NCBI GenBank assembly: GCA_045595425.1
Contig: JAZOAL010000105.1
Location: 1-62,446 of the forward strand
DNA from: Eubacteriales bacterium
GTDB lineage: Bacteria > Bacillota > Clostridia > Oscillospirales > CAG-272
Direction of reading: 5' to 3'
Length of the DNA stretch: 62,446 nt
Shown here: positions 36,196 to 44,375 of the stretch, piece after piece
Layout: each line of letters starts with the position of its first letter
How positions within the stretch are numbered: the first letter of the stretch is position 1
The notes under the pieces: model-generated
What the model was told of the DNA's origin: nothing
Database searches by the model: none
Seen by the model: the letters and a program-made list of their open reading frames with translations, nothing else
Made by a program: the position numbers and the translations under genes

Positions 36196-36411
36196 ATAAA
36201 CAATAATTTAGCAGAGAAGTAACAAACAGTTCATGAGATCCTTCGCCTTTGGCGAAGGATCTCAGTACTGAACTGATTATAATGTTTCTACGGAAAATAA
36301 CGATTAATTTTCCGGTGAAAAAATAAGTGATCGCCACTATCTTGTCATCCTGAACCAAAGGCGAAGGATCTCATATGGTATTAACTAATTATTCGATAAA
36401 TTATTGTTTAT
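36196..36411. repeat. 216-bp MITE-like intergenic element bounded by 14-bp perfect terminal inverted repeats
   Basis: ATAAACAATAATTT (36196-36209) and AAATTATTGTTTAT (36398-36411). Internal 13-bp perfect hairpin GAGATCCTTCGCC/GGCGAAGGATCTC (36235-36263), with a third copy of GGCGAAGGATCTC at 36360-36372. Confidence 0.6.
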
Positions 36412-36414
36412 TCA

Positions 36415-38250
36415 TCAATTTTCGCTTCCATGAAAATATTCATAAATATTGTGAGCATCTCTCGCGTTGATCCCGCCTACCGATGCAAGAGCCTCCTTTG
36501 AAGCGTCCCGAACCCCTGAAAGACCTCCGAAATAGGTGAGCAGTGCCTTTGACTTTGCTTTTCCGATCCCATTTATTTTTTCAAGTGACGATGTCGTCAA
36601 GGTTTTTCTTTTCGCGCCGTCCATTCTTGAAACACTATAGCGGTGAACCTCCTCCTGAATGCGGTATATCAGAGAAAATACCGCCTGTTCTCTTGCAATA
36701 CTTATCTCACTGTCTTCATCGCAAAGAGCCCTTGTCTTATGAAAATCGTCCTTCACCATACCGAAAACGGGAATGTCGATTTCCATCTCACACATAAGTG
36801 ATCTGACGGTCGAAACATGTCCCTTTCCTCCATCAAGAAGTATAAGATCCGGGCGTTCCGAGAAAGAACCGCTCTCGTCCGACAGATGAGACAGCCTGCG
36901 ATAGAGAGCTTCTCTCATACTTGCGTAATCGTCAATACCCTCAACAGTTTTAATTGTAAAGCTTCGATAGTCCGAACGGCGAAATTTTCCGTCACGGCAG
37001 ACCACCATTCCGCAGGTCTTATGCTCGCTTCCAAGGTTTGAGATATCATATGCTTCTATCCTCTCGGGGAGAGCCTGGAGCCCCAGCATGGCGGCAAGGA
37101 GCACCAATGTGCTCTCGTCCTTTTCAACATTCAGCTTATATAATTTTGCCTTGTCCTTCGCGTTGGCATATACCATACGGCAAAGAGTCCGCATATCGCC
37201 CCTCTCGGGCGTGCGCAAATCGACTCTTCGTCCCGCCAGATCTGCAAGATATGAAGAAAGGATTTCAGAGTCCTCTTCATCTATCGAGAAATCAAGGAGA
37301 ACTTCATGGGGAATATATTCACGCTTAAGATAATAATCTCCTATAAAAGAAGGCATCGTTGTCTCATCGGCGATCTGATCTGCGCCGAAATAGAATTCTG
37401 TCTTATCGGTCACAGCACCCTCTCGGATATTGAATACCGAAATAACCGAACAGTTATCATCCGAATAAAGAGCAAAAACATCCTTATCCGCATCGGGTGC
37501 CGCAACAACCTTTTGCTTCTGACTGAGGCTCTCAAGAGCCATTATCGCATCGCGGCATCTTGCCGCAACCTCAAATTTTTCTTCCTCGGCATAGCGCATC
37601 ATCTGTTCCTCAAGCTCGCGCTTTGCCGCCGAGGTGTTTCCGCGCAGAATATTTATCGCGCACTTTATTGTCTCGCCGTATTCTTCAGTGCTGACCTTGC
37701 CCGTGCAAACTCCCATGCACTGCCCCATCTGATAATAGAGGCAGGGGCGTTCTTTGCCGATATCCTTTGGGAAAGACCTTTTGCAGGAGGGGATGCCAAG
37801 ACTTTTCTGAAGCAGATTTATAACCGAGAAAACCGTGCCCGTCCCCGAATACGGTCCAAAATATTTTGCTCCCTTATCTGCCGTTCTCTTCCTTGTGTAA
37901 ACGATCTTTGGAAATTCTCCCGATGTCACCTTGATATATGGGTAGTTCTTTGAATCCTTCAGTCTTATATTATATTTCGGTAAATACTGCTTTATCATTC
38001 GGTTCTCAAGAGTCAGTGCCTCTATCTCCGTGTCGCAGAGATAATAGTCAAAATCATGAACCAGCGAAACCATCTTCATAGTTTTCAGATTTTTTTCGCT
38101 GTTCTGAAAATATTGAGAGACCCTGTTCTTCAGCTTGCGCGATTTTCCTACATAAATGACCTTCCCTGCTTTATCCTTCATAATATAAACGCCGGGAGTC
38201 AGCGGAAGAGTATTAGCCTTTGATAAAAGACGCTCAAGTCTCGTTTCCAT
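36415..38250 (-). CDS. uvrC: Excinuclease ABC subunit C
   Basis: GIY-YIG (GVYIMKD..GKVIYVGKS), a UVR domain, an RNase H-like endonuclease domain, and a C-terminal HhH2. ATG at 38250 with a GGGAGG RBS. Confidence 0.95.
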   Translation of the reverse strand: METRLERLLSKANTLPLTPGVYIMKDKAGKVIYVGKSRKLKNRVSQYFQNSEKNLKTMKMVSLVHDFDYYLCDTEIEALTLENRMIKQYLPKYNIRLKDSKNYPYIKVTSGEFPKIVYTRKRTADKGAKYFGPYSGTGTVFSVINLLQKSLGIPSCKRSFPKDIGKERPCLYYQMGQCMGVCTGKVSTEEYGETIKCAINILRGNTSAAKRELEEQMMRYAEEEKFEVAARCRDAIMALESLSQKQKVVAAPDADKDVFALYSDDNCSVISVFNIREGAVTDKTEFYFGADQIADETTMPSFIGDYYLKREYIPHEVLLDFSIDEEDSEILSSYLADLAGRRVDLRTPERGDMRTLCRMVYANAKDKAKLYKLNVEKDESTLVLLAAMLGLQALPERIEAYDISNLGSEHKTCGMVVCRDGKFRRSDYRSFTIKTVEGIDDYASMREALYRRLSHLSDESGSFSERPDLILLDGGKGHVSTVRSLMCEMEIDIPVFGMVKDDFHKTRALCDEDSEISIAREQAVFSLIYRIQEEVHRYSVSRMDGAKRKTLTTSSLEKINGIGKAKSKALLTYFGGLSGVRDASKEALASVGGINARDAHNIYEYFHGSEN

Positions 38251-38271
38251 AAAAACCTCCCAAACATTCAT

Positions 38272-38307
38272 TAAAGAAAAAGGTGGTCATGCAGAAGCAT
38301 CACCACC
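38272..38307 (-). terminator. Rho-independent terminator of ptsH
   Basis: GGTGGTGATGC/GCATGACCACC stem with one mismatch, followed by TTTTTTCTTT on the minus strand. Confidence 0.7.
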
Positions 38308-38322
38308 GCTCAGGCGAAAAAA

Positions 38323-38586
38323 TTATTCGGCAAAGCCGGTATTGATAAGCTCGGCAAGTCCGTCAAGAGCCTCTGCCTCATCCTGACCGTCAGCAATCAG
38401 ATTGATAGCCATTCCCTTGGATATCCCCAGTGAAAGAACTCCGAGCAGGCTCTTTGCATTGACTCTGCGCTCGTCCTTTTCAACCCAGATCGAAGATTTA
38501 TAGCTATTTGCCCTCTGAATAAAGAATGTTGCAGGTCTGGCATGAAGACCGATACTGTTTGTAATTTTCACTTCACGAGAAATCAT
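38323..38586 (-). CDS. ptsH: Phosphocarrier protein HPr
   Basis: GLHARPA (His15) and the AKSLLGVLSLG region (Ser46). Confidence 0.9.
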   Translation of the reverse strand: MISREVKITNSIGLHARPATFFIQRANSYKSSIWVEKDERRVNAKSLLGVLSLGISKGMAINLIADGQDEAEALDGLAELINTGFAE

Positions 38587-38754
38587 AATTTACTCTCCAA
38601 ATCACATTGCATTTTCACAAAAATTTCTATCACTAATAGTATATCAAATTTTCGTCACAAAATCAACAAAAATTTTCGGTCATTTTCGATAAATATTTTC
38701 AAAAAAACAACCTTTTTATCAGTCATAAGTGACATTTTTGCTCAAAAATGTCCA

Positions 38755-39249
38755 TTATTCCGTATATTCTGCGATATCGGTAAGGGTGATATCCACATAA
38801 ACATGCCCGGTATAGATAGTCATTTTTTTACCAGGAGCGAGAAAATAACTTCCTCCCGCAAAATACCCATCATCATTCACAATTCCCTCTGAAATTATCG
38901 TTCCCGTCAGATCCACCCTTGTCCCCTCGGGATAAAAGACTCTCTTGATCCCCGCGCCGGGATCGTCTGCATAATATACCGCAGGCTTTGAATCTATGCT
39001 TTCCATAACTCCTATGAAAGTATCGTCCGTAGCAACATAAACATTGTCACCCTTCACAAAAGCATTGGCAGTGGTATATTTCACATTGCTCACCGAAAAG
39101 GAGAGCTCATATTTTCCCGTAACCGCCTCTCCGCTGATATCGCTTCTTTGATAATAGCGAAAACCAAATACCGCAATGCACAAAATCAAAACTATAAGTA
39201 TCACAATGTCAAGGACGTTGAATTTTTTTATTTTAGTATTGTTATCCAT
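38755..39249 (-). CDS. DUF4330-like single-pass membrane protein
   Basis: N-terminal K.FNVLDIVILIVLIL anchor plus a beta-rich ectodomain. AGGAGG RBS. Paralogous to the next gene. Confidence 0.45.
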   Translation of the reverse strand: MDNNTKIKKFNVLDIVILIVLILCIAVFGFRYYQRSDISGEAVTGKYELSFSVSNVKYTTANAFVKGDNVYVATDDTFIGVMESIDSKPAVYYADDPGAGIKRVFYPEGTRVDLTGTIISEGIVNDDGYFAGGSYFLAPGKKMTIYTGHVYVDITLTDIAEYTE

Positions 39250-39261
39250 TTTTCGCCCTCC

Positions 39262-39762
39262 TTAATCGATTTCTCGTATAGTTGTACAATATCCCGAGCC
39301 CGCAAATCCGGAAGTCCAGATGTTACAGGACTTTCCAACAAGAAATTTAACGCCGTTCACATAATATCCGCTGTCAGAATGTGTTGCCTTTGCACGGATA
39401 GTTATGCTGACATCAGAAAGATCGGGATTTTCAGCCATATAAACACTGCCATCGTTATGATTATAAGCAATTTCCGAAAAAGGCACACTTTGCACGGGAT
39501 ATGCCACAGTTCCGATGACCTGCTTGTTATCTGGATCGCGGACAACATCCCCGGAATCAACGGCAACCTTTACAGAATTATCAAGCTGTCTGAATTCCAC
39601 AGTATATTCGATTGTGACCGTATCTGCCGAAGCCCCCCCGGCGTTTTTGGTAACATTGCGAGAAAGAAACACAGCCGCCGCTATAATGATAGCTATGACC
39701 AGAATGAAAAACAGATCCATTCCGTTAAAGCCCTTTTTCGTTCTTTTCAACTTTATTGCCAT
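39262..39762 (-). CDS. DUF4330-like single-pass membrane protein (paralog)
   Basis: KGFNGMDLFFILVIAIII anchor and the same architecture. AAGGA RBS. Confidence 0.45.
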   Translation of the reverse strand: MAIKLKRTKKGFNGMDLFFILVIAIIIAAAVFLSRNVTKNAGGASADTVTIEYTVEFRQLDNSVKVAVDSGDVVRDPDNKQVIGTVAYPVQSVPFSEIAYNHNDGSVYMAENPDLSDVSITIRAKATHSDSGYYVNGVKFLVGKSCNIWTSGFAGSGYCTTIREID

Positions 39763-39775
39763 TTGTTTTATCCTT

Positions 39776-41707
39776 TCAATATTCGGTTTTCGTCTGATTT
39801 TTCTTTCTTCCTATTCTTGCCGCCGCCACTATAAACGCGGTAACCACCCAGAAAAAGAAGAAAATGCGATAATTGAACCAAATAAAATCGGTCATTCCCT
39901 GAAGCAGAGCCGCCAGAAGTCCGCTGACACCGGCAACGCAGATCGCTTTTTCCGCCGCTGTATCGCTTCCGCTTCTCCTTATAAGCTCAAGACCGCTCTT
40001 CATGCACAGCAGCAGTGCCGCCGCAAAGATCACAAGTCCGACTATGCCCGTTTCAATAATGATCTGCAGAAAAAGATTATGGCTGTGGACAGCGGTTTCA
40101 ATACCCGATTCCGCAAAACGGATATATACCGTTCTAAAGGCTTCCGTCCCCACGCCTATTCCCGTAAGCCAATGCTCCTGCGCTACCTTCATTGCACCGC
40201 GCCAGATACCGAGGCGATAGACCGATGAAGAATCCGACATGGTCAAAATACTTGAAAAACGGTTCAGCAAATCATCAAAAAGTCCGCTTCCGCCCAGCTT
40301 GTCCCAAAACAATGTGACTCCGAGAAGCCCTGTAGGCACAAGAATCGGAATAATATAAGGACTGTATAACAGCACAAACACTCCAAGCGAAATAACGAGA
40401 CCAAGCCAAGCACCGCGAGACCATGTGTAAATAAGACAAACACCCATGACCGCACAGGCAACGGCGGCAGAAAATCTAACATAAAGTCTGCCCTTGCGGA
40501 AAACATACGAAAGAGCAAAAGGAAAAACCATAATGAGGAAAACGCCCAGCATATTGGAATTTTCAAAGGTGGAGGTTATACGTCCGCCGAGATCTCCAAA
40601 CATCTCCTTATCCATCGTGCCGACCTCCATGTTGCCGCTGATCTTCTGATAAAGACCGTAAAGAGCGGTAAGTGTGCCGGAAAATACAAAAGCAAAAACA
40701 AGTCTGTCCAGCCACTTTCTTGTGGTGATAAGCGAAACTATCATAAAATACACAAACATGAAGCAGGTATAGATCGCCGCCGCACGAAGAGATGCAGCAC
40801 CTCCAACCGAAGCAAGACCTCCCATAAGCATGACAAGCATGAAGAGTGCCACAAATATGTCCGAAAGCTCAAAATTCAGTATCAGTCTTCCAAGAAAAAC
40901 CTTTATGAGCATGCAGATAAAGGTATAAATTATCAGAGCCGCGAGAATAATAGACGGTGACCCAAGGAAGGTGAGGAAGGGCGCACTGAAAACAGTGAAA
41001 AGCACCCCGACCTCGGGGCTTTTATAGACCATAGCGGCGCCTATCAATGCTATAATCCCCAAAATGATCAAAACAGGCGAAACAAAATACGAAAGGCATC
41101 CGAGCAAAGCTCCGGCAATTGCCGCGCCGAAATATCTTTTTGACCCATAACACTGATTTTCATATTTCTTCAGACTTGCGGGCAAAAATCCGAGAAAATC
41201 AAATATAATGGCGGAAAAAACAAAGCTTTCACCGGCAGACGATGCAAAATTTTTACCGGACAAAAGCATGGGAAAAGCAGAAAGTGCCAAAAGTGCACCA
41301 AGGATCCAACCGAAATAACTTGAAGAATCCCCCGCAAAAGCAAAACGCTTGATAATATTCATCAAAAGCACGCAGAGTCCGAAATACATAAAGAAGAAGC
41401 CGTAAAACTTCATGTGGCAGCAGATGAGCCAGTCTCTTGCCCCCGAAAGTGCACCGAGAATACGGCTGTTCTCATAGCTGACTATCGCACGGCGGCGGAG
41501 CCTTGCGATAGGTGAGGCTTGCCAGTCACCCACATCTTCGCCCCTGCACCCAAATTTCCCGCTCTCAAATAGCCTTTGGCGCGAAGAATAATTTGTCAGC
41601 AGTGAACCGAAAAATCCCGAAAACATCGCATCATAGCACTTCTTTGAAAAACGTATAATAGTGCTTGATTTGAAAACCTTCGTTATTTTATTCTTATTAA
41701 AGCTCAA
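39776..41707 (-). CDS. O-antigen ligase (Wzy_C)-like polytopic membrane protein
   Basis: More than 12 TM segments and a YTWSRGAWLGL motif. TTG start overlaps the trmD stop and follows AAGGAGGAG. Confidence 0.6.
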   Translation of the reverse strand: MSFNKNKITKVFKSSTIIRFSKKCYDAMFSGFFGSLLTNYSSRQRLFESGKFGCRGEDVGDWQASPIARLRRRAIVSYENSRILGALSGARDWLICCHMKFYGFFFMYFGLCVLLMNIIKRFAFAGDSSSYFGWILGALLALSAFPMLLSGKNFASSAGESFVFSAIIFDFLGFLPASLKKYENQCYGSKRYFGAAIAGALLGCLSYFVSPVLIILGIIALIGAAMVYKSPEVGVLFTVFSAPFLTFLGSPSIILAALIIYTFICMLIKVFLGRLILNFELSDIFVALFMLVMLMGGLASVGGAASLRAAAIYTCFMFVYFMIVSLITTRKWLDRLVFAFVFSGTLTALYGLYQKISGNMEVGTMDKEMFGDLGGRITSTFENSNMLGVFLIMVFPFALSYVFRKGRLYVRFSAAVACAVMGVCLIYTWSRGAWLGLVISLGVFVLLYSPYIIPILVPTGLLGVTLFWDKLGGSGLFDDLLNRFSSILTMSDSSSVYRLGIWRGAMKVAQEHWLTGIGVGTEAFRTVYIRFAESGIETAVHSHNLFLQIIIETGIVGLVIFAAALLLCMKSGLELIRRSGSDTAAEKAICVAGVSGLLAALLQGMTDFIWFNYRIFFFFWVVTAFIVAAARIGRKKNQTKTEY

Positions 41708-42426
41708 TTTTTCTCCTCCTTTTCCAGAAGATCGGGGCGCATACGGCGAGTCAGCTCAAGAGCCTTTTCCGCACGCCACAAGTCAATATTTGCATGATGT
41801 CCGGAAAGAAGCACCTCGGGAACCTTAACTCCGTGAAATTCAAGAGGTCTTGTGTATTGAGGATATTCAAGCATCCCGCATGCAATGCTTTCACTCTCAT
41901 AGCACTCGTCCGCAGAAAGAACCCCCTCAACAAGGCGCGAAACGCAGTCCACAAGTATACATGCCGGTATCTCTCCACCTGTGAGCACATAATTTCCGAT
42001 GGATATCTCCTCATCAACTATCTCGTCGATTATACGCTGGTCTACGCCCTCATAGTGACCGCATAAAATCACCAAATTATCGTATGAGGTAAGCTCTGCT
42101 GCCTTTTTCTGATCAAGTATCCGCCCTTTCGGAGACATAAAAATCACTCTGCGGCGAATCTTATCTCCTTTTTTCGGCAAAAGCTCGGCATCCGCAGCCT
42201 TCGTCACCGCTTCATAGCAGTTGTATATCGGCGGAGCCGCCATAAGCATACCCATGCCGCCGCCGTAAGGCGTATCGTCAACACGGCGATGCTTGTCCTG
42301 TGAATAGTCGCGTATATTATGCGCCGCCACAGTTATCGCGCCGCTCTTTTGCGCTCTGCCGATTATACTCTCTCCGAGAACATATGATACAAGCTCGGGA
42401 AAAAGTGTCATTATATCAAATCTCAT
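41704..42426 (-). CDS. trmD: tRNA (guanine37-N1)-methyltransferase
   Basis: MRFDIMTLFPE, DDTPYGGGMGM and GHYEG.D.R motifs. ATG sits 1 nt after the rimM stop. Confidence 0.95.
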   Translation of the reverse strand: MRFDIMTLFPELVSYVLGESIIGRAQKSGAITVAAHNIRDYSQDKHRRVDDTPYGGGMGMLMAAPPIYNCYEAVTKAADAELLPKKGDKIRRRVIFMSPKGRILDQKKAAELTSYDNLVILCGHYEGVDQRIIDEIVDEEISIGNYVLTGGEIPACILVDCVSRLVEGVLSADECYESESIACGMLEYPQYTRPLEFHGVKVPEVLLSGHHANIDLWRAEKALELTRRMRPDLLEKEEKN

Positions 42427-42427
42427 T

Positions 42428-42946
42428 TTATTCCGCATCGTCAAACATTCCCGAAATGGGGCAGACGAAAATCCCTTTTTCAATATCAATCCTCTTGACA
42501 AATTCGGCAACCGCCGGCATCATCCGCTCACCGCAGGGGGTATCAACAACATAGATATCCGAAGCGCCGCGATTGATAACCTCGCGCAGCCTGCCATAGA
42601 TCTTACCGCTGTCCGCATCAATAACGTCAAGACCCTCAAGATCGGCAAGAAAATAAGCTCCTTCTTCCAAAGGAATATCCTCGCGCTCGGCATATATCAA
42701 GCGGTTTTTAAGGAGCATTGCAGCATCCATGTCCTTCACACCCTCAAGCTCCATTATAACAAATTCCTTGAATATCGATGCGCCGAGCACCTTTTTCTCG
42801 GTATAAGCTCCATCCCTCTCAAGAAAAACCCTTTTCAGAGACGAGAGCACCTTTGGGGTGTCACAGCGGTTTTCAACCTTTACCGCTCCCTTTATGCCGT
42901 GAGTGTTAACGATCCTTCCGCATTCGAGATACCGAGATTTTGCCAT
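42428..42946 (-). CDS. rimM: 16S rRNA processing protein RimM
   Basis: G.I...HG.KG..KV, a PRC barrel, and the C-terminal P....FV..ID pattern. GGGGG RBS before ATG 42946. Confidence 0.9.
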   Translation of the reverse strand: MAKSRYLECGRIVNTHGIKGAVKVENRCDTPKVLSSLKRVFLERDGAYTEKKVLGASIFKEFVIMELEGVKDMDAAMLLKNRLIYAEREDIPLEEGAYFLADLEGLDVIDADSGKIYGRLREVINRGASDIYVVDTPCGERMMPAVAEFVKRIDIEKGIFVCPISGMFDDAE

Positions 42947-43040
42947 AACCTTGCCCCCAATTTTATATTTATTATATTGTATCACAAAATTCCCTTTATT
43001 TCAATAGTTTTCCCATTTATAAAATAATTTGCAAAAACTG

Positions 43041-43069
43041 TTGCAAATATGGCAAAAATATGGTAAAAT
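43041..43069 (+). promoter_or_regulatory. Sigma-A promoter of yajC (TTGCAA-17-TAAAAT)
   Basis: TTGCAA at 43041-43046 and TAAAAT at 43064-43069. Confidence 0.5.
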
Positions 43070-43097
43070 AAATGCAAATTGATTGGAGGTAAAAAAT

Positions 43098-43415
43098 ATG
43101 CTTGTAAAATTTCTTGAAGGAACAAACAATAATATGTCGAGCTGGTATTCTATCATTATGATAGTTGCAATGCTCGCAATTCTCTATTTCTTTATGATCC
43201 GTCCCCAGAAAAAGCAGGAAAAAGAAACTCAAGCAATGCGCAATGCTCTTCAGGTTGGCGACGAGATCACAACCATCGGAGGCATTATAGGCAAGATAGT
43301 CAGCATTAAGGAAGAGACCTGCATGATAGAAACAGGTCACGACAGAACAAAGATCAGGATTCTTAAAAGTGCCGTCAGAAATGTTGACGTTAAAGCAGAG
43401 GATGCTCAAAACTGA
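43098..43415 (+). CDS. yajC: Preprotein translocase subunit YajC
   Basis: Single TM followed by FFMIRPQKK...L..GD.I.T.GGI.G.I. GGAGG RBS at 43085-43089. Confidence 0.9.
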   Translation: MLVKFLEGTNNNMSSWYSIIMIVAMLAILYFFMIRPQKKQEKETQAMRNALQVGDEITTIGGIIGKIVSIKEETCMIETGHDRTKIRILKSAVRNVDVKAEDAQN

Positions 43416-43479
43416 ATAGTCATAAAAAACGCCCCCGAAGCATTATAATTATATGAAATTATATTTCGGAGGCGTTTTT

Positions 43480-43968
43480 ATGGAAAGCAGAAAACACGGA
43501 ATTTCACATCCGCACAGCGCAAATACAGGTGGAGACGGCTTTTCTCCGATAATGACCTTGCGCAGTGCACTTTTGGGACTTGTCGCCACCGCTTTGGCGG
43601 CTGTCCTGCTTCTCATGGTCGGCGCGGGAATTGCATATTCAAGCAGTGACCCTTCTGCTCTTGAATTGCCAATTGCAATTGCCGTTCTTTACATAAGCTT
43701 GTTTGCAGGCGGTTTAACCGCTTCAAAAACCGCACGCAGCAGCAGACTTCTCGGGGGCGTTTTCTTCACAGCCATCGCCCTCCTATTGATCCTCCTGCTA
43801 AAGCTTCTTTTGGCAGGAAATAACGGAATCGGAATCAGCGGAGCAACAGCCTATCTTATCGGCGCAGTAGCTTCGGCACTCGGGGGATCTTTCATCGCTG
43901 TTTTTACATCCGGCATAAAACGCACAGGCAAGAAAAAAAGAGCCAACAAATTCGGAAAGAAAAAATAG
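43480..43968 (+). CDS. Small Gly/Ala-rich polytopic membrane protein (possibly YrzE/TIGR04086-like)
   Basis: Four predicted TM segments and a Lys-rich tail. GGAGG RBS. Family assignment is from memory only. Confidence 0.4.
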   Translation: MESRKHGISHPHSANTGGDGFSPIMTLRSALLGLVATALAAVLLLMVGAGIAYSSSDPSALELPIAIAVLYISLFAGGLTASKTARSSRLLGGVFFTAIALLLILLLKLLLAGNNGIGISGATAYLIGAVASALGGSFIAVFTSGIKRTGKKKRANKFGKKK

Positions 43969-44006
43969 CGGCGGGAGCGCATAGGAAGTAAGCTGCTATA
44001 CAAATG

Positions 44007-44052
44007 AAAAAGCCGTCAAAACAGGTATAAAAACCTGATTTTGACGGCTTTT
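44007..44052. terminator. Bidirectional terminator between convergent genes
   Basis: AAAAAGCCGTCAAAA / TTTTGACGGCTTTT stem with an inner CAGGT/ACCTG stem. Confidence 0.8.
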
Positions 44053-44065
44053 CTATCTAATTTAT

Positions 44066-44359
44066 TTAATCAAAAGCAATAGGAGTTGTATGCAAAGCTT
44101 TGCGGGGCGTTGCCATATAATCGGCAACCTCATCACGCCAGCGAAGATAATGCTCGGTCTTTTTATGCTCTGCCGCCGCGTCCTCGTCCGCATATACCTC
44201 AAAAAGTGTGAATTTCGTGGGATCCTCACGGCTTTGAAGCACATCAAAACGCACATTGCCCGGCTCTTTTCTCGCATTTTCATGATTATAAAGAGTGATC
44301 TTCTTAAACGCCTCGATATTCTCAGGCTTCACATCAACAGAAACAAGCGTTGCTATCAT
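44066..44359 (-). CDS. ABM-domain (antibiotic biosynthesis monooxygenase / YgiN-like) protein
   Basis: About 97 aa. V.V.P...E.F......N...S..E.G...F.........F.L.E.Y.D..A...H..T.H pattern. Confidence 0.7.
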   Translation of the reverse strand: MIATLVSVDVKPENIEAFKKITLYNHENARKEPGNVRFDVLQSREDPTKFTLFEVYADEDAAAEHKKTEHYLRWRDEVADYMATPRKALHTTPIAFD

Positions 44360-44375
44360 AATAATATAAACTCCG

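Noticed and set aside
38590-38640. cre-like sequence TGTGAAAATGCAAT upstream of ptsH.
   Set aside because: It lacks the central CG and the dyad symmetry of the cre consensus, so the match is too weak.
43017-43409. 130-aa minus-strand ORF overlapping yajC.
   Set aside because: yajC on the plus strand has a canonical RBS, promoter and family motifs. The antisense ORF has none.
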